DNA of 64,000 nt from Perna viridis (taxonomy: Eukaryota), in NCBI GenBank assembly GCA_037379345.1, contig CM074515.1, forward strand, positions 21,576,001-21,640,000. Direction: 5' to 3'. How positions within the stretch are numbered: the stretch's first letter is position 1; the number at the start of each line of letters is the position of its first letter. Position numbers and translations under genes: made by a program. This document shows, in pieces, positions 1 to 13,652 of this stretch. The notes beneath the pieces are model-generated. The model was given only the letters and a program-made list of their open reading frames with translations. It had not been told where the DNA came from and did no database searches.

Positions 1-831
1 ACAAAGGTGAAATACACACCTGTTGAAATAGAAAATTCTGTCAGGAGTTTTAATGAGAATTTGGAATCGTGGAAATTATGGTATAATATGACATTGCCTA
101 TAGCTCTGTCCTGTCGTTAATAGCATGAAAAAGATTGAATTGTTTACTTTTTGAAATTTGGAATCTTTTTAAATTATGATTCTATTTAGAGAATGACAAA
201 TATTTATGAGTGCTTTGTTATATATCAATAGAGAAAGACAGGATGTTTATCAAACAAAATATGGTTATCTGTATGTAAAATAGGACTTAACATTTGTCAC
301 CTTACAAGGAAAAAAATTTGTTTGAAAGAAATTTGTCGTTTGTCTGATTATGACTGTTTAAGTATACATAATAATCAGATAAGGAAACATGACATCAAAT
401 TAATTATTATTTTGCCAGGCATTGGTCAGATTTTCAACAAACTATAATTGATTAAGGAAGGGTCATGTAATTTACACTTAATTGATGCAAGATAGGATAT
501 TTGACATCTCAAACGTTTATCTCCTTCATATGTATTAACAAGCCTTTTCAATATTTTGGGAAAAAACTCTGTGCATATGTTAATACTTGTATGTGGATAG
601 TTGTTCCACTCTGGTTGAAATTCATTTTCAGATAAGAGTTTGTTTATCCAGTTCAGCCTGATTTGAAGCTTTTTTTTTGCCTGGAAACCAGATCCCATCG
701 TAATAAAACTGTATAATTTTATAAACTTTTTGATATAAAGGTTTATGATTATTTTTCTGACTTTAAAGGATGTAGGGGTCATAACCATTCCATATACTGG
801 TACATTACCATGTTTCATATGGATACTTTAC

Positions 832-1179
832 TGGTGGTCTTGTGGTAGCATGCTCAACCCAATGGTGGTGATGTAGGGTTTTATTCCTGACAGAGTCACA
901 CAGAAGACTTTAAAATTGATAATCACTGCTTCTTGGCCAAGCATGCCACATGTAGGAGAAAGTGTGCCATCTATTTGGGTCAGAGTCAAATTTAGTGTCA
1001 GAGTGGGATTACATATCTATTCTTGAGCATTTGCCTCTGTGAGCTAGCACAATAAAAATCTGGTTCAGTGTGTGGACTAGTACAAAGCAGGGTTTCTTTG
1101 GATTGGTCAAATATTCTTGTCATGAAATGCATGACTTGTCTGCCATAGAACGTAAAACCAAAATCTCAATCAATCATTC
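832..1179 (+). mobile_element. tRNA-derived SINE (bivalve V/Meta-SINE-like), decayed
   Basis: tRNA-like head (gtggtcttgtggtagcatgc...), body shared with 8995-9321 (cactgcttct..gccaagca, ctctgtga.ctag, aataaaaat, gtacaaagcaggg) and a (TCAA)n-type tail. Confidence 0.7.
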
Positions 1180-4100
1180 AGATTATTCTTTTTTGTTTTA
1201 ATTTTGTGAAATAAACTTGAGGAGTCTGAATTTGATTCCATAACCATATATTTTTTTTTCATTCTATGCAATATCCCTCACTATAAAGTTATTCTGAAAA
1301 AAAATGTCTATATTTGATAACTGCATGATATCACTACTATATTTGATATCCTTAGTACTTTCATGGTAGTTGTATAAACTCGCATGAAATAAAAAGGTGA
1401 ACTTTCAGCGAGTCTACAAGCTTTTTTTGTGTATGTTTGATGACTTTTGGAACATCACTGCAACATAAATATTGTTCCAGTCAGTTTTTGTGGCTGGCTG
1501 AAGTTTTCCACCTTTAAAGTTACACATGTCATGTTTGAAATGTACAAGATAATAGGTGCCATGTAGATTACTATCACTGTTAAAATACTTAAAAAGTAAT
1601 TTGCATTAATTGTAATGTACATTCTTTACCCTCAAGGGTCAAATTTGTAGTCAATTTTCTGAATTATGACAAAGAAAATTAATTGCTGAAATTAAAAAAA
1701 TATGTGTCCATTAAGCCAATTGTTTGTGACATACTTTTGATGCCAAATAGATCATGCAGTTAGAAATTCTCTATTTGTGGAGGTGGATATCATCTTTTAA
1801 TGTTTCAGGGGTTCAGATTAGCAGTAGTCCAAGGTCTTAGTCTCACTATTTCAGAATCAGGACTTTTGAATTCCTTTTCCCTATTGCCTGGACCTTCAAT
1901 CTCTTACACTGACATTTAATGAAGTCCTTTCATTTTCGTCCAGACCTTCGTCCAAACCTATCACTCTTGAAAGCTTATTATAACTCAAGTAAATTAACAA
2001 ACTTACTATTCGTATTTATTATTAATGTGAAAATACTTGTTCTTTTTTATGTGTGCAATAATATGTAGTAACAACTTGTACTTTATAGCGTTTTTAATGT
2101 CTACCCATAATTTTGTTTAACGTAGTTTGTTTAAAAGATGTTTTAGTTTACCTTTTATGAGATGGCAATCTTTATTTATAAGATGTAAAAATCATTTTTA
2201 TTGTTATATGTTATATATACTGATCAATAATAAAAACATATGTGTAACATTTGTTCCTTTCAAAAGTCATTATTTTGCACATTTTAACTGATGTAAGGGA
2301 AACACATCAAAATGTCAAGGTTTTATAAGTGCAAATAAGACCATATTCTGGTTACACTAGATTGAAAGCAAATTCAATATGTTTTATACACTTTAATTTT
2401 CTATTTATTGAGGTATATGAAAGATTCAGGCTATATTGAGCTATGCAGTTTAAGACTAACTTTTTATCTCCAATTTCTGTTGTATCTCTGGCATAGGTTT
2501 ACAAGGAGGCTTTTTTCTTTGAAAATGCCTAGTGAGGTCTGATCATAATGAAACTTGTTACACATGTAAATCAAGATACAAGATACAATTATATGATTCT
2601 GACCAAAGTGTAGGGCAGGGTTTGAGGACAATAATGTTGAGAAACTTATTTTCTTGTATAGAAAGTCAAATGTGGATCTAATATTTATAGTTTGAGGAGA
2701 GGGCATAAGAGAAAACTTTCTAAGCTATTTTTTTAGGGGGGTTGGGGTTAAAATAAAGATAAATCCAAATCCAATCTACCATTGAATCCATTCATGATAC
2801 AATTTAAATGGATTTCAACTTAAATATTTTCCTTCTTCTTATTTTGATTTTTCAGTTTTTCTTGTAGCCTTACTTTATATCAGACTAATAATATATGCAC
2901 CTGGAGAAGTCCACATATGGTCTTTAATTTTCATATTTTCCAAATAAGGAACCTCTTTGTGGTTAGGGCATATTTACCCAACGCCCACAAAATCTTACAC
3001 CCAACATTCCTACATGGTTTAAATAAGGACTATATTGTACTTTGTGGTTTTATATCTATTGAAGTTTTTAATTGAAGAGGTGTTTTCAGATTGGCTGTAT
3101 TACTGTATGTGCTGAGTTGTGCATTGATGTGCATTTGTTGTGCATAGAATCGTTCAGGTGTGTCTAATTTCTCAATCTCTATTAAAAGTCAGCTGTTTTC
3201 ATTAAAATTTGCTTTGAAATTGGGATATAATGATTTGAGTGCCTTTACTCACGGAAGACATGCTCAGATTTATTGGGAAAAATGTGTCAATTCATCACCT
3301 TGGAATTGATTGCTTTGAAGCTTTGGTCAAATATGTACTCATCTCTAATATTTATTGACTCAGTATTACTCTCACTTGAAAGAAAAAAAAGTTGTACAGA
3401 TCCTTGATTTTTTTTTATTTCATGATTTAGTTTTCTCAAAGAACCCTTGAATGAATTAATTTTGTCTGTTTATCATACAAGTGCACCTATTGCTGGTTTA
3501 AGCAAAGTTTTTGTAATTTCATTTTATTTTATTTGTTATGTGTTGTAGGTAGTATTCTCTATGATCATAGTGCTGTCTTTAGTTTTTGATCATTATACTA
3601 TCTCAGGATTTCCATTTAAGCCATTATTTTAATCATATTCCATTTTTAAGCTCAAAACAACAGCAGCCCCACAAGGAGCAGAATTTAACCCCTGACATCT
3701 GTTTGCTCTTCACCAGTACCTGAAGCTTGAAAGGTCTGTCAGATGACATATGATATATGATATCTCATTTAAACACAATACATGACACTTCTCTAGAGCT
3801 ATTTTCTAAAGATGTGCAAATTATATAGATCCTTCAGGGAATACTAATGTGTCCAAGTGTTAAATTTCTTAAATGGGGGAGGACTATTGTAAATCTGTAC
3901 AGGGAGATAACTCATGTTTAATAGATACTTGTACTAAGTCATGATTCTCCAAATGCTTCAGTGGTAACGGGATAAGTAAGAAATTGTCGTAGTGAATAGT
4001 GTTTGATTTAAATGTACAAGTTCCATACAAATAGGCAATAAGTCTGTTGTTCCATGCCCTAAGAAACAGATCTATCCAGCAGAATATAAGAATTTGACAT

Positions 4101-5165
4101 GCTAAAAAAATGTAAAAATCCTGCATTGTTTGGTGTGTGTTTCCTGCCCTGGATCTCATTTGATGAATCGCAGTCACTTTCTTACTAGTTTTAAAAGTGC
4201 AAACATTTTATATTGCATGAAAAATTTTCATCAATCAAACTTAAGGGAAGGAAATTGTGTCATTTTTAGAATTGTGCTACTTCTGGGTAATTTTATTCTA
4301 TTATGTCATTTTGGACAGACCCAGTTGAGTAGGTCCTGGATGGATTGATGTTTCAGCATTAGTGTGCTAGCAAGAGCTTCCTTAGCTAGAGAATTGTGCT
4401 ACTCTATAGTACTCTGTTGAAAAAAAAAAAAATAATAATAATTTGAATATTCTGGCTATATGTTAAAAGTTTTAAATTATTATAAATGCAAATATGAACT
4501 TGTTGTAAAATATTTTCAGTTTATAATTTATGGATTGATTATTTTAATTTACCATAGATGTATAACCATCTTCTGGATCTACTTATCTTTGATGTTTGTA
4601 CAAGTTGATTTAGTTCTTTAAGATACTGGCAATAAGGCCTCCCCCTCTTACTTCCTGTTTTGTGTTATTATAAACAATCATTGAGTAAACCCTTTGATGA
4701 TATCATAGATACAGAACTAATGTAGATTTAATTGTTCTTAATGTTGGAAAAAAGTTATAATTATGATAAATGCACCATATTTATTGTCATTAAGTATACT
4801 TAAAATTGTTTTTATCCATAAAAGATGAGTTTTTAACATTATACATAGACGATACATTGAGTAACAGCAGTTTTAATATCAAGAAAGAAAAAAAATACAG
4901 TAAGCCTGATAGGGCAAGTTGTGATTTTTTGGCAAGGCATTCAAAGCTGTCACAATTCATTTGACATAGCGTTGTCATTGAATATTGGCAATTTTTAAAT
5001 TCAAGACAGTTTTCTGAAATAGAAAATAAGTCAGCCAAAAAAGTTGGTGATAAAATAAGTTACCATCTCTTTGGAGTTGTCATTTTTAAATCAATCATGA
5101 TTCATTTTGTAGAGTTATAAGCAGTTGATCATTTCTTGGATATTTTGATTAAAGGATTCAGTCCA

Positions 5166-5294
5166 NNNNNNNNNNNNNNNNNNNNNNNNNNNNNNNNNNN
5201 NNNNNNNNNNNNNNNNNNNNNNNNNNNNNNNNNNNNNNNNNNNNNNNNNNNNNNNNNNNNNNNNNNNNNNNNNNNNNNNNNNNNNNNNNNNNNN
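5166..5294. other. Assembly gap (129 N)
   Basis: Run of N. Confidence 1.
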
Positions 5295-5898
5295 ATGTTT
5301 ATGTTATGTCAGAATGAAGTTTCTGAAAAATATTTTCTGATACCAGATTTGTATTATTACCTTAGTCTTGAAGTTGACTCTGAGTTGTATTAAATCTTTA
5401 TTATACCCCCATTCTATATAATAATAGTGGTGTCCTTCCAATGTCCCTTACACAAAAGGATACCATTACTCATCCTTCACAATTAAATGGAATTTAATGA
5501 TCTATCGCATAATCTTAATTACATATTCCTATTGTGCACCTCCTATTTTGGATTTTGGTCCAAATTAATGTGCATGTTATCAAATGGGGGAGCGGGGGTA
5601 TCAAGATTGCTCACAATTTTTCTTGTTATATATATGTTTTATGGGTGTTCGACAGTGATTCAATTGACAATTGAAGTTTTCACAATTCAGTCAAATATGT
5701 CCTTAGGGACTTGTCAAAAAGTATAAGTGATAAAAAACAACATAAAACAAACTACTGCCAACTTAATAAGAATTTAGTATGAATGATCATCAAAAGTAGG
5801 GAAAGAGATAAGGCAATTTATGATTATAAAATGTGAAAAGAGACACAGATTCCATTCCATTGTGCAATGTAATAAAGCATAGATGAACCAAGCCCTTA

Positions 5899-6153
5899 TC
5901 TACTACTGTTGTTACCCCTGTGCTATACTGCTGGTCTACTACTGTTGTTACCCCTGTGCGATACTGCTGGTCTACTACTGTTGTTACCCCTGTGCTATAC
6001 TGCTGGTCTACTACTGTTGTTACCCTTGTGCGATACTGCTGGTCTACTACTGTTGTTACCCCTGTGCTATACTGCTGGTCTACTACTGTTGTTACCCCTG
6101 TGCTATACTGCTGGTCTACTACTGTTGTTACCCCTGTGCTATGTTGCTGGTCT
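5899..6153. repeat. 36-bp minisatellite x7
   Basis: Unit TCTACTACTGTTGTTACCCCTGTGCTATACTGCTGG; copies nearly identical. Confidence 0.95.
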
Positions 6154-6163
6154 CTTTGTCATG

Positions 6164-6600
6164 ATGTCTGAACAATAACTAAATTAAAAGTGAATAGATC
6201 TCTTTGAAATTGTACCAAAAGCTGCTTTACTGCAAAAAGAAGGTTTGGATAGATTTAGGGGGTTGTGACAAGCTGTGTTGAAAACATGGGCCAAAAAATG
6301 ACCAGAATCATGGGTTTTTATTATGTCTGGACAAAAAGTTGTCTGAAAGTGAATGTATCTCTTTGAAATTGTACCACAAGTTGCCATACCACATGATTTG
6401 GGGGGTTTCAACTTTTACCTATTTGGAATTTGGGACTAAAAAGGGTTGGAACAAGAATTTTCATGATATCTGAACAATAAGTTGGGAATGGATCTCAGTG
6501 AAATTATATCATGATGTGCCATACCACCATGGAGGGTTTGGATTGATTTTAGGGTTGTAATTGAAATCATTTATGAATAAAGGGCCAAAAAGGACCACTT
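6164..6600. repeat. Degenerate tandem repeat of about 150 bp x3
   Basis: at(g/a)tctg(a/g)acaa recurs at 6164, 6323 and 6467, each followed by gaat..atctc..tgaaatt.ta and gggccaaaaa-like motifs. Confidence 0.6.
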
Positions 6601-8561
6601 TGATTCTGGTCATATTCTTATCTTGTGTAAAATATTTAATTGGAATCACAATTCAAAGATGTATTAAACATGAATGGTATACTTCTCCCAAATAAAAGTT
6701 TATTTAGATATTGGGAAATTTGGATTTACAATACCTTGATTTTATTGTTACAGCTATTTAAAATATACAGGATGACAAGAAAAACAACAAGTCATAATCA
6801 GTGTAATTTTTAACAGAAAAACACATCTTGCATTATGAATACCATTTAGGACATAATTTATCTTACTCAGAATGATCTTTTAGCCTTTTCATCTGAAAAA
6901 ATTCGGAATCCTTCATTATGAGCAACAGCCTATGATGTTATTATTATACTACAATTAGTTACCTATGATTTAACAAAAAGCTCCACAAAATGCTAGGTAG
7001 ATACAAGCACACTGACTATGGACAGTTTTCTATGTATTGGTAGATACCCACAGCTTCTTAAACAAAACAAAAATAATACCTTACCTGGGTATGACCCGAG
7101 TGAAGTGTCAGGAATTTTTTTTTGGCATGTTAATCCAGGCATAAGTTTTGTGGGTCAAGTAGAAAGTTCAGGAGCACATGATAGATAGGTAGATATGTAT
7201 CTTTCCTTCAGGTTTTTGTTAAAAAATTATCTGAAGCATTAAATCTGTACAAAATTGATGAGCTTCTGATATCCAGTTACTTTGTAGTTTTAATGAAAAG
7301 AACATGTTGGGCAGATGAAAGTTATGATCACTTTATGCATTTGAAAAGTTGGAAATCTGAGGCACTGTTGGGTTAATGATATAAACAATGTAAATTTATG
7401 AATTATTATTATGGTAGGGAACATTTTTTTGGTAATTTTAGGTAGTGATTATATCTTAAAAACATATTTCTCTAAAATATTCATAGAATGTAAATTCAGA
7501 AATTTATGCATGAATTCATTATTATGATTTCTGAACCTTGTGTAATTTATTTTTCCCTGATACTTATTTTCATGTTTAAGGATATTAGTTTAATTGCACA
7601 TCTATCAATTTTCTCTACTAAACCGCAGTTTAACGTATATACAATAACGTATATACAATAACGTGAGGACTTATTTGACACTATTTTAGTTCATGATTGT
7701 TTTCTTGCTTGCAAAATTAGCCAAAAATAAATGGCTCGCCAAAATAAGTTGCTTGACAGTATGTTATAGTAAAAGATTAAAATGCAATTTAAATTTTCAT
7801 GAACTCTGGAGAACTCCAACTTAGTTTTTAATGTTCAGTTATACAGCAATTGCAGTCCTTTCTGGGAAAATGATATGGACACAATTGTGAACTGATTGAT
7901 TGAAACAGAAACAAAGACATCAAAAGTGAAAGGAGCTTATTTTCTTTATGGATCTCAATAATATACATCAGATTGAAGGTGTTATCTGTCAAAACAAAGT
8001 GTCCATCACTTTCATACATTGGAGTAATTAATTCTGGACAAATTGATCAGCTGTCTTGGCCAACAATGTCAGATTGAGGTGATCAGCTGTTAGTTGGTAA
8101 AGAGGCTTATATGATGTGCAATCACTTTACTTTGTGATGTTACTTTGCAAATGCAGAAATTATTGGAATCAGAATCTTAGGTTATATATGATCTCTGTAT
8201 TTGATATTTGATAGTAGATGCATTGTTTGAAATGAAAAACCATGGTATTGCTGAGTTTTAAAGGTCAGTTGAATATTATTTTTACATAGTCAAATGGTCC
8301 TCTAGGTTCCATTGAAAGGAGTAGTTGGCTCTTTGGTGCTTTTGTTTGTAGTATTCTATGGCTAAAAATAGAATTATGTGCATGTACTAGGAAACCTTTT
8401 AAAACCATGCTTATTTCCCAGAATTATTACTTATCTTTTTTTTCAAATTTGCATTTTTTTCTGTTTTTTTTTTACTAATATCAGTTATATCTTTAAAGGA
8501 AACAAAGGGTGAATTTCACAAGAAATATATAAGATTTAGCTTGACCTCTGAATATGTATTA

Positions 8562-8919
8562 GGCCAAAATAAAATGTATGTGTGTTTACTGTACCCTGCT
8601 GGAAAAAATAGGGTCGGTAGGTCGAAATATATCCACAAACTTTGTATTGTCACTGATTGGGGCTATTGCACTCATCTTTTCCTTTCGATTGGTGCATTCT
8701 TTGAAAGTTAGAGACTAGACACTTGACTAGGCATGGAACACAGACTCAGAGGTTGACATATTTGTTTGAATTGGTAATAAAAAAAAAACAGGATACCGAT
8801 GGAGCAAAATTTCCTGATTTTTCATTTTCCGCCAAATTTGCCAATAAAAATGTTTAAGGTCAGCGTTGGAAAATAGGGTCGGTCAGGTATCATAAACACA
8901 AATATATATTTTTTTGGCC
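8562..8919. mobile_element. PIF/Harbinger (Tourist)-like MITE
   Basis: TTA|GGCCAAAA...TTTTGGCC|TTA with long imperfect TIRs. Confidence 0.7.
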
Positions 8920-8994
8920 TTATCAATTTAAAAAACAACAGAAGATATGTCAGGAGAAAACCCTGTTTCAGTTACATGACAGTATCAGATACTG

Positions 8995-9321
8995 AGCCCA
9001 CTTCTCGACTGCAGAAGGTCAAGGGTTGGATACCTGGCCATGTCACATCAAAATCTTTCAAAGTGGTAGTCACTGCTTCTTTGCCAAGCACATGATATTT
9101 AAGAGGATAGACTAATGACTAGTTGGCTAGAATCAGAATAATGTGTCTGATTTGGGTGGCATGCCCACCGGTGGGCTGTTGTCTCTGTGATCTAGTGCAA
9201 TAAAAATACGGCTCAATGTGTTTGACTGGTACAAAGCAGGGTCTGTTCGATTGGTAAAATTTTCTCATCCTGGAATGCATGAAAATTCACTATACAATGT
9301 TGAACAATAATCAATCAGTCA
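8995..9321 (+). mobile_element. tRNA-derived SINE, second copy
   Basis: Collinear similarity to 832-1179; ends aatgttgaacaataatcaatcagtca. Confidence 0.7.
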
Positions 9322-9770
9322 GATATTTAGTCACCATAATCATATTGTTCTTGTCTGTTTAATTTTAAATGTTAGATCATTTCCATCAAGGGAAAGATCA
9401 CCTTGTTACTTGGTCCCTACATCCCCTCTTGTCAGTAGCAACAGTCAACATGTTAAAGATGACCTGTTATAGTTGTTTTTTTCATGGTTGGGTAAGGTTG
9501 TTCCCTTTCATGTGGTTTACTCTATAATTAGTGGTCATCTTTATTTGGATTGAGATAAATAGGGGATGTCCAGGTTTATTGCAAATAAATTGTGTGTAAA
9601 TTGTCACCATCTGACCAATCAAAACCACATTAAAATACATTTAGAGGTACCTTGAGGGGTATTTCACACTAATCTCTGATTTGTACCAAAGATATTTTGT
9701 TGGTCAACATGTCTTATATGTTTTTGCTTCCTTCTGTTCTTTCTATCAAGGTACTTTGTATGTACTGTTA

Positions 9771-9996
9771 GGCCAAAGAAAAAATAGTCTTGTTTCCTGC
9801 TACAAAAGCAAGAAAAAAATGGTAGGGTGGTATGCAAATTATTTTATTTTTCAAAGACATTTTACATTGAGTTATTGAGGAAATAGTTTAGACTTCAACA
9901 ATGGTTGAGCCAAAATGGTCATACAATGTTTAGGGTAGTCATAAAAAGCTAGGTTAGGTAGGGTTACAGGAAACACATATAATTATTTTTTTTGCC
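9771..9996. mobile_element. PIF/Harbinger-like MITE related to 8562-8919
   Basis: TTA|GGCCAAAGAAAA..tgtttcctg ... caggaaaca..TTTTTGCC|TTA. Confidence 0.65.
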
Positions 9997-10905
9997 TTAT
10001 CTAGTGATGAATATTTTCTATGGAGTAATTAATTTTTCTAGAATTAATCCCCTGTCTTCCTTTCATCTTCTATCTTTTCTATTTTCCATTTTTCTTTAAC
10101 ATACTATCTAACAGTTTTACTGTCCTGTGTGGAACTTTGAACTTCTTTGAACCTCTAAACTGAAACTAAAAGTGTCAATAATATGATTTTGTTCAGCAAT
10201 TTTTTTTAGTAAAGCCATGCTTGTAACTGAGAATTGCAGAAGCTGGTACAAACAAAAAATTACTAGAGAAATTAAACAATAATCAAAGTCAAGCTTTGTT
10301 GCTTAAATTTCTGTTAATAAACATTGCTTTCACAGTAGAGGAGAAAATATGGCTCTTGTAAAGTTTTCCAATAAAACCTGATATTTAACAGGATGATCAT
10401 CTAATAGTCATTTAACATATATCATTATGATAGAATGTGTTTGACAGGTCAATACAATGCAAAAAATTGCATAGCATTTTAAGGTCAACAACATTCATCA
10501 GTGTAAATGTATACATTCAAAAAAAAAGTTTTACATTTTTTACAATGTCAACTCAAATGGTATGAACAGAGCTATTGTTACCAGTTAAAAGTTAATGGGA
10601 TAATTTGGTTTTAATAGCCATAACTTATGCCTGGGAGGTCAAAGGGATCTTGAAATTGAAAATAAAACATGTTTAAATAGATCCATGGGAAATTTGTGTC
10701 ACTAGGTTAGGTAGATTGGCTGTAATGTAAATATAGTTAGTGAATTGTACAAAGAGAGGTAACTCTAATATGACAATAGTGAATTCTCGTCTTCTAATAT
10801 TCTACTTATTATTTGGCATCTGCTCTTATGTATGATTTATGTATTATTTCTTTTTAATTTAATTGCAAAATGTACACCATTGAAAACATTTTCCTTTTTT
10901 TACAG

Positions 10906-13652
10906 ATCTTGATGTGAATCCTGAGTACATGAAGGTCATATCTGATGCTGCAGCCAATGTACAAAGGAGATCTTCTGGATCAGATAAACAGAGACATGGA
11001 TTTATGGATCGTTCTCCAAAAAGTTCATGTTCATCTCCCTCACATTCTTACATAAACAAGTCTCCAAATCAATCCTTCAGTAATCAGTCACCTCATAATT
11101 CATATTCCGATAAATCACCGAAGCATTCATTCACAGAGAAATCTCCAAAACATTCTTTTTATGAAAATGTGCCAAAAGTACATTCTCCGAAAACTTCTAT
11201 AGCTGATGGTACTGATGACACAGAATTTCTTAACAAAGTGTCAAAATTTGAACTCATTTCGCATAATAAAGCCACATCTCCAACTGTTAAATCACCAGTA
11301 AGAGTGATGCCCCCAGATACACCAAATAATGGATCTCTTGGGAACAATACTTTAAAGAGACAGAACAGCTCTTCAGGGGCATCACCACATACCGGTGAAA
11401 AGGTGTTTACTCGTGAGACTGTTACCACAAGAGTTCCTGCGAGTATTCTTTGTGGAAAATCTACCCCTGAACGTGTTCCAAGTACAGGTAGTACAAGTTC
11501 TAGCTCACTGACAAGTGTCAGTAGCAACAGTGGAGTGACACTGTCATGGAATTCAGACTCCCCCAAACCTACTCATATGAGTCCAAGTAGTAGCAAGGGA
11601 AATTCACCTAAATCTAAATCCCCACAGAACAGTATTGCTGTCACACCTAAATCAGTTAAAGAGAAGAAGCCCATTAACTTTACAGAATCTGCCACTTCTA
11701 AAGTGAGAATGGCAACCAATGCTGAACTTTTAGCAGAAAGTATTATTAATGGAGATTTCTTGGCTGGATGTGATAGTAGAAGTGAAAGTAATCGGAATAC
11801 TTTCGATGGAATGGATTTTAATTTCGATGAGTTGACTGCAAGCCAACAAGACTTATCAATAAAGCATAAGGAAATGGTCGCAGAAAGGAAAAAGGAACAA
11901 GAACAAGAGAAAATAGAAAAACAAAGATTGGAAGAAATTTTGAGTATGTGTGCTGAATATGAAAAACAAATAGCAGAGGAGAGTGTTTGTAAAGACTCTC
12001 ATAGTCCAAAACCTCATACTACTGCCTGGTCAATGCAAAAATTTCTTGATACCAACCATAAGGTTTCTGATGGACAAGGTGTTTCAGTGCCAGTAAAAGA
12101 CAGTTTTTCTTATTCAGGGGGTATACCAGCTTCAAATAATACAAATTTAAATACATATTCTCCTAGCTTCAGCCAGTCCAATGCTGTCTCCTATTCTACA
12201 TCGTATGGTTCAACAGAAAAGCAGATTGCTCCTGGACAAGTTCCTACAGATAGCAAAACTCAGTATTCAAAAACCGTTGAGAATGTGAATTCTCCTATGA
12301 TGAATGGACCATATTCACCTTGTGGTAATACTTCAGTTGCTCCTTCTAAAGGGACACCTCCTCCTGTGTCCCCAAAACCTGTAATGGTGAACAAAACTTT
12401 TGACTCTTCAGTGACTTCAACTAGTGGTGATATGGTGAGTTATCCTGTCACTATGTCAAAACAGTGGACCAATCAGCCGTCATCTTCTCTTAGTTATTCT
12501 GTCACCATGAACACAAGTGGGATACCTCCCGTGGGATGTAATTCTGGAAGTAATTCAGGTGAAATAGTCAGTACACAGAAATATTTTGCAGAAAATTCTA
12601 ATAAAAGACTATCTCTTCCTGATTATGAAAATAATATTCCATCAATTACCGACTCCACAAAACTTTCATCTGCTGTAGAGAATGTTTCAAATGCATTTTC
12701 TTCAATGGACTGCTATAGTGATGGTATTGCACAAAACAAGGGGAACAACTCTTCTATAAACAACACTCAGGTACTGCCAATGACCAACAGAATAAATGGC
12801 CCAGAAAATGTGGATTTAGGATCAGAATGTATGTCACCAAGATATGATGATAATTCATTCAAAGTTTCACAAGTTCAGAGACCCAATCAGCTACCTAGTT
12901 TTGTTGATTTTACGAAGGAGGTACATTCTCTAGACAGAAAAGAGAAATCCGAATACAGAGGCTCTATGACAAAAATAAAAACAAATGGTTCACTTACTAT
13001 GTTATCGTCCCCCAGTAATTCTCACAAGGATTTTCCGTTCAGTACACAAGTGAGGAGATGTAGTTCAAATTCCTCAAATTCAGAAGAGGAGTCGACGAGT
13101 GGCACTAACTCTGAAGATACTGGTACTATTAAACGTAGACCAGATATGAACCGTAACAAGGAAAATTCTTTGGGAGGTACATGTTCCCCACTACAAAGCC
13201 CCAAACTGTCACCTCGCATGGGGAGTAGAAGCCCTCAAGTCTCAAGACGAAATTTCAAAATTGATAATAAACCCAGAGACCCAGTACTTTCTCCTACAGA
13301 GACAATAAAAAGTGCTTTAAATTCACTGGATGAATTTATTCCAACACTAAATGGAGTTGCATTTAATGGACCAAGTGATCAAAATTCATTTAGTTCTGTT
13401 GAATTAAACCAGAGTAATGATTATCTAACCAATCAGACTCATGGGATTTATGAAAACCTTCAATGTCGAGTTGTTCCTAACGGCAGTGTGCCAACTGAGA
13501 AGGACCAAACAGTTTCAGGTTCCAGGTTGTCATCTGGATCCTTGGGTAGCAGGAAATCTGATGGGAGAATTACACCAGTCAATAATGAACCCATACTGTC
13601 TAAACCAAGGGAGAGAATTAGGTCTGATTCTTCTAACAGCAGTCAAAAGCGG
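10906..13652 (+). CDS. PHLDB: PHLDB1/2 (LL5)-like protein, large internal exon (2747 bp), Ser/Thr/Pro-rich with a short conserved coiled coil
   Basis: Lies in the 932-aa ORF. Acceptor ttccttttttacag|AT at 10905/10906 (phase 1); donor AAGCGG|gtaagt at 13652/13653 (phase 0). Encodes ERKKEQEQEKIEKQRLEEILSMCAEY, which resembles the LL5 motif ERLREQEMERLERQRLETILNLCAEY recalled from vertebrate PHLDB1. Confidence 0.9.

Noticed and set aside
3651-3733. GC-richer segment between AG and GT as the missing upstream PHLDB exon
   Set aside because: All three frames contain stops; no upstream coding exon could be identified in 1-10905.
5883-6178. Cys/Tyr-rich (YYCCYPCAILLV)n ORF and overlapping ORFs as a keratin-associated-like or secreted protein
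   Set aside because: Produced by a 36-bp minisatellite that is open in all three + frames; the ORFs barely extend beyond the repeat.
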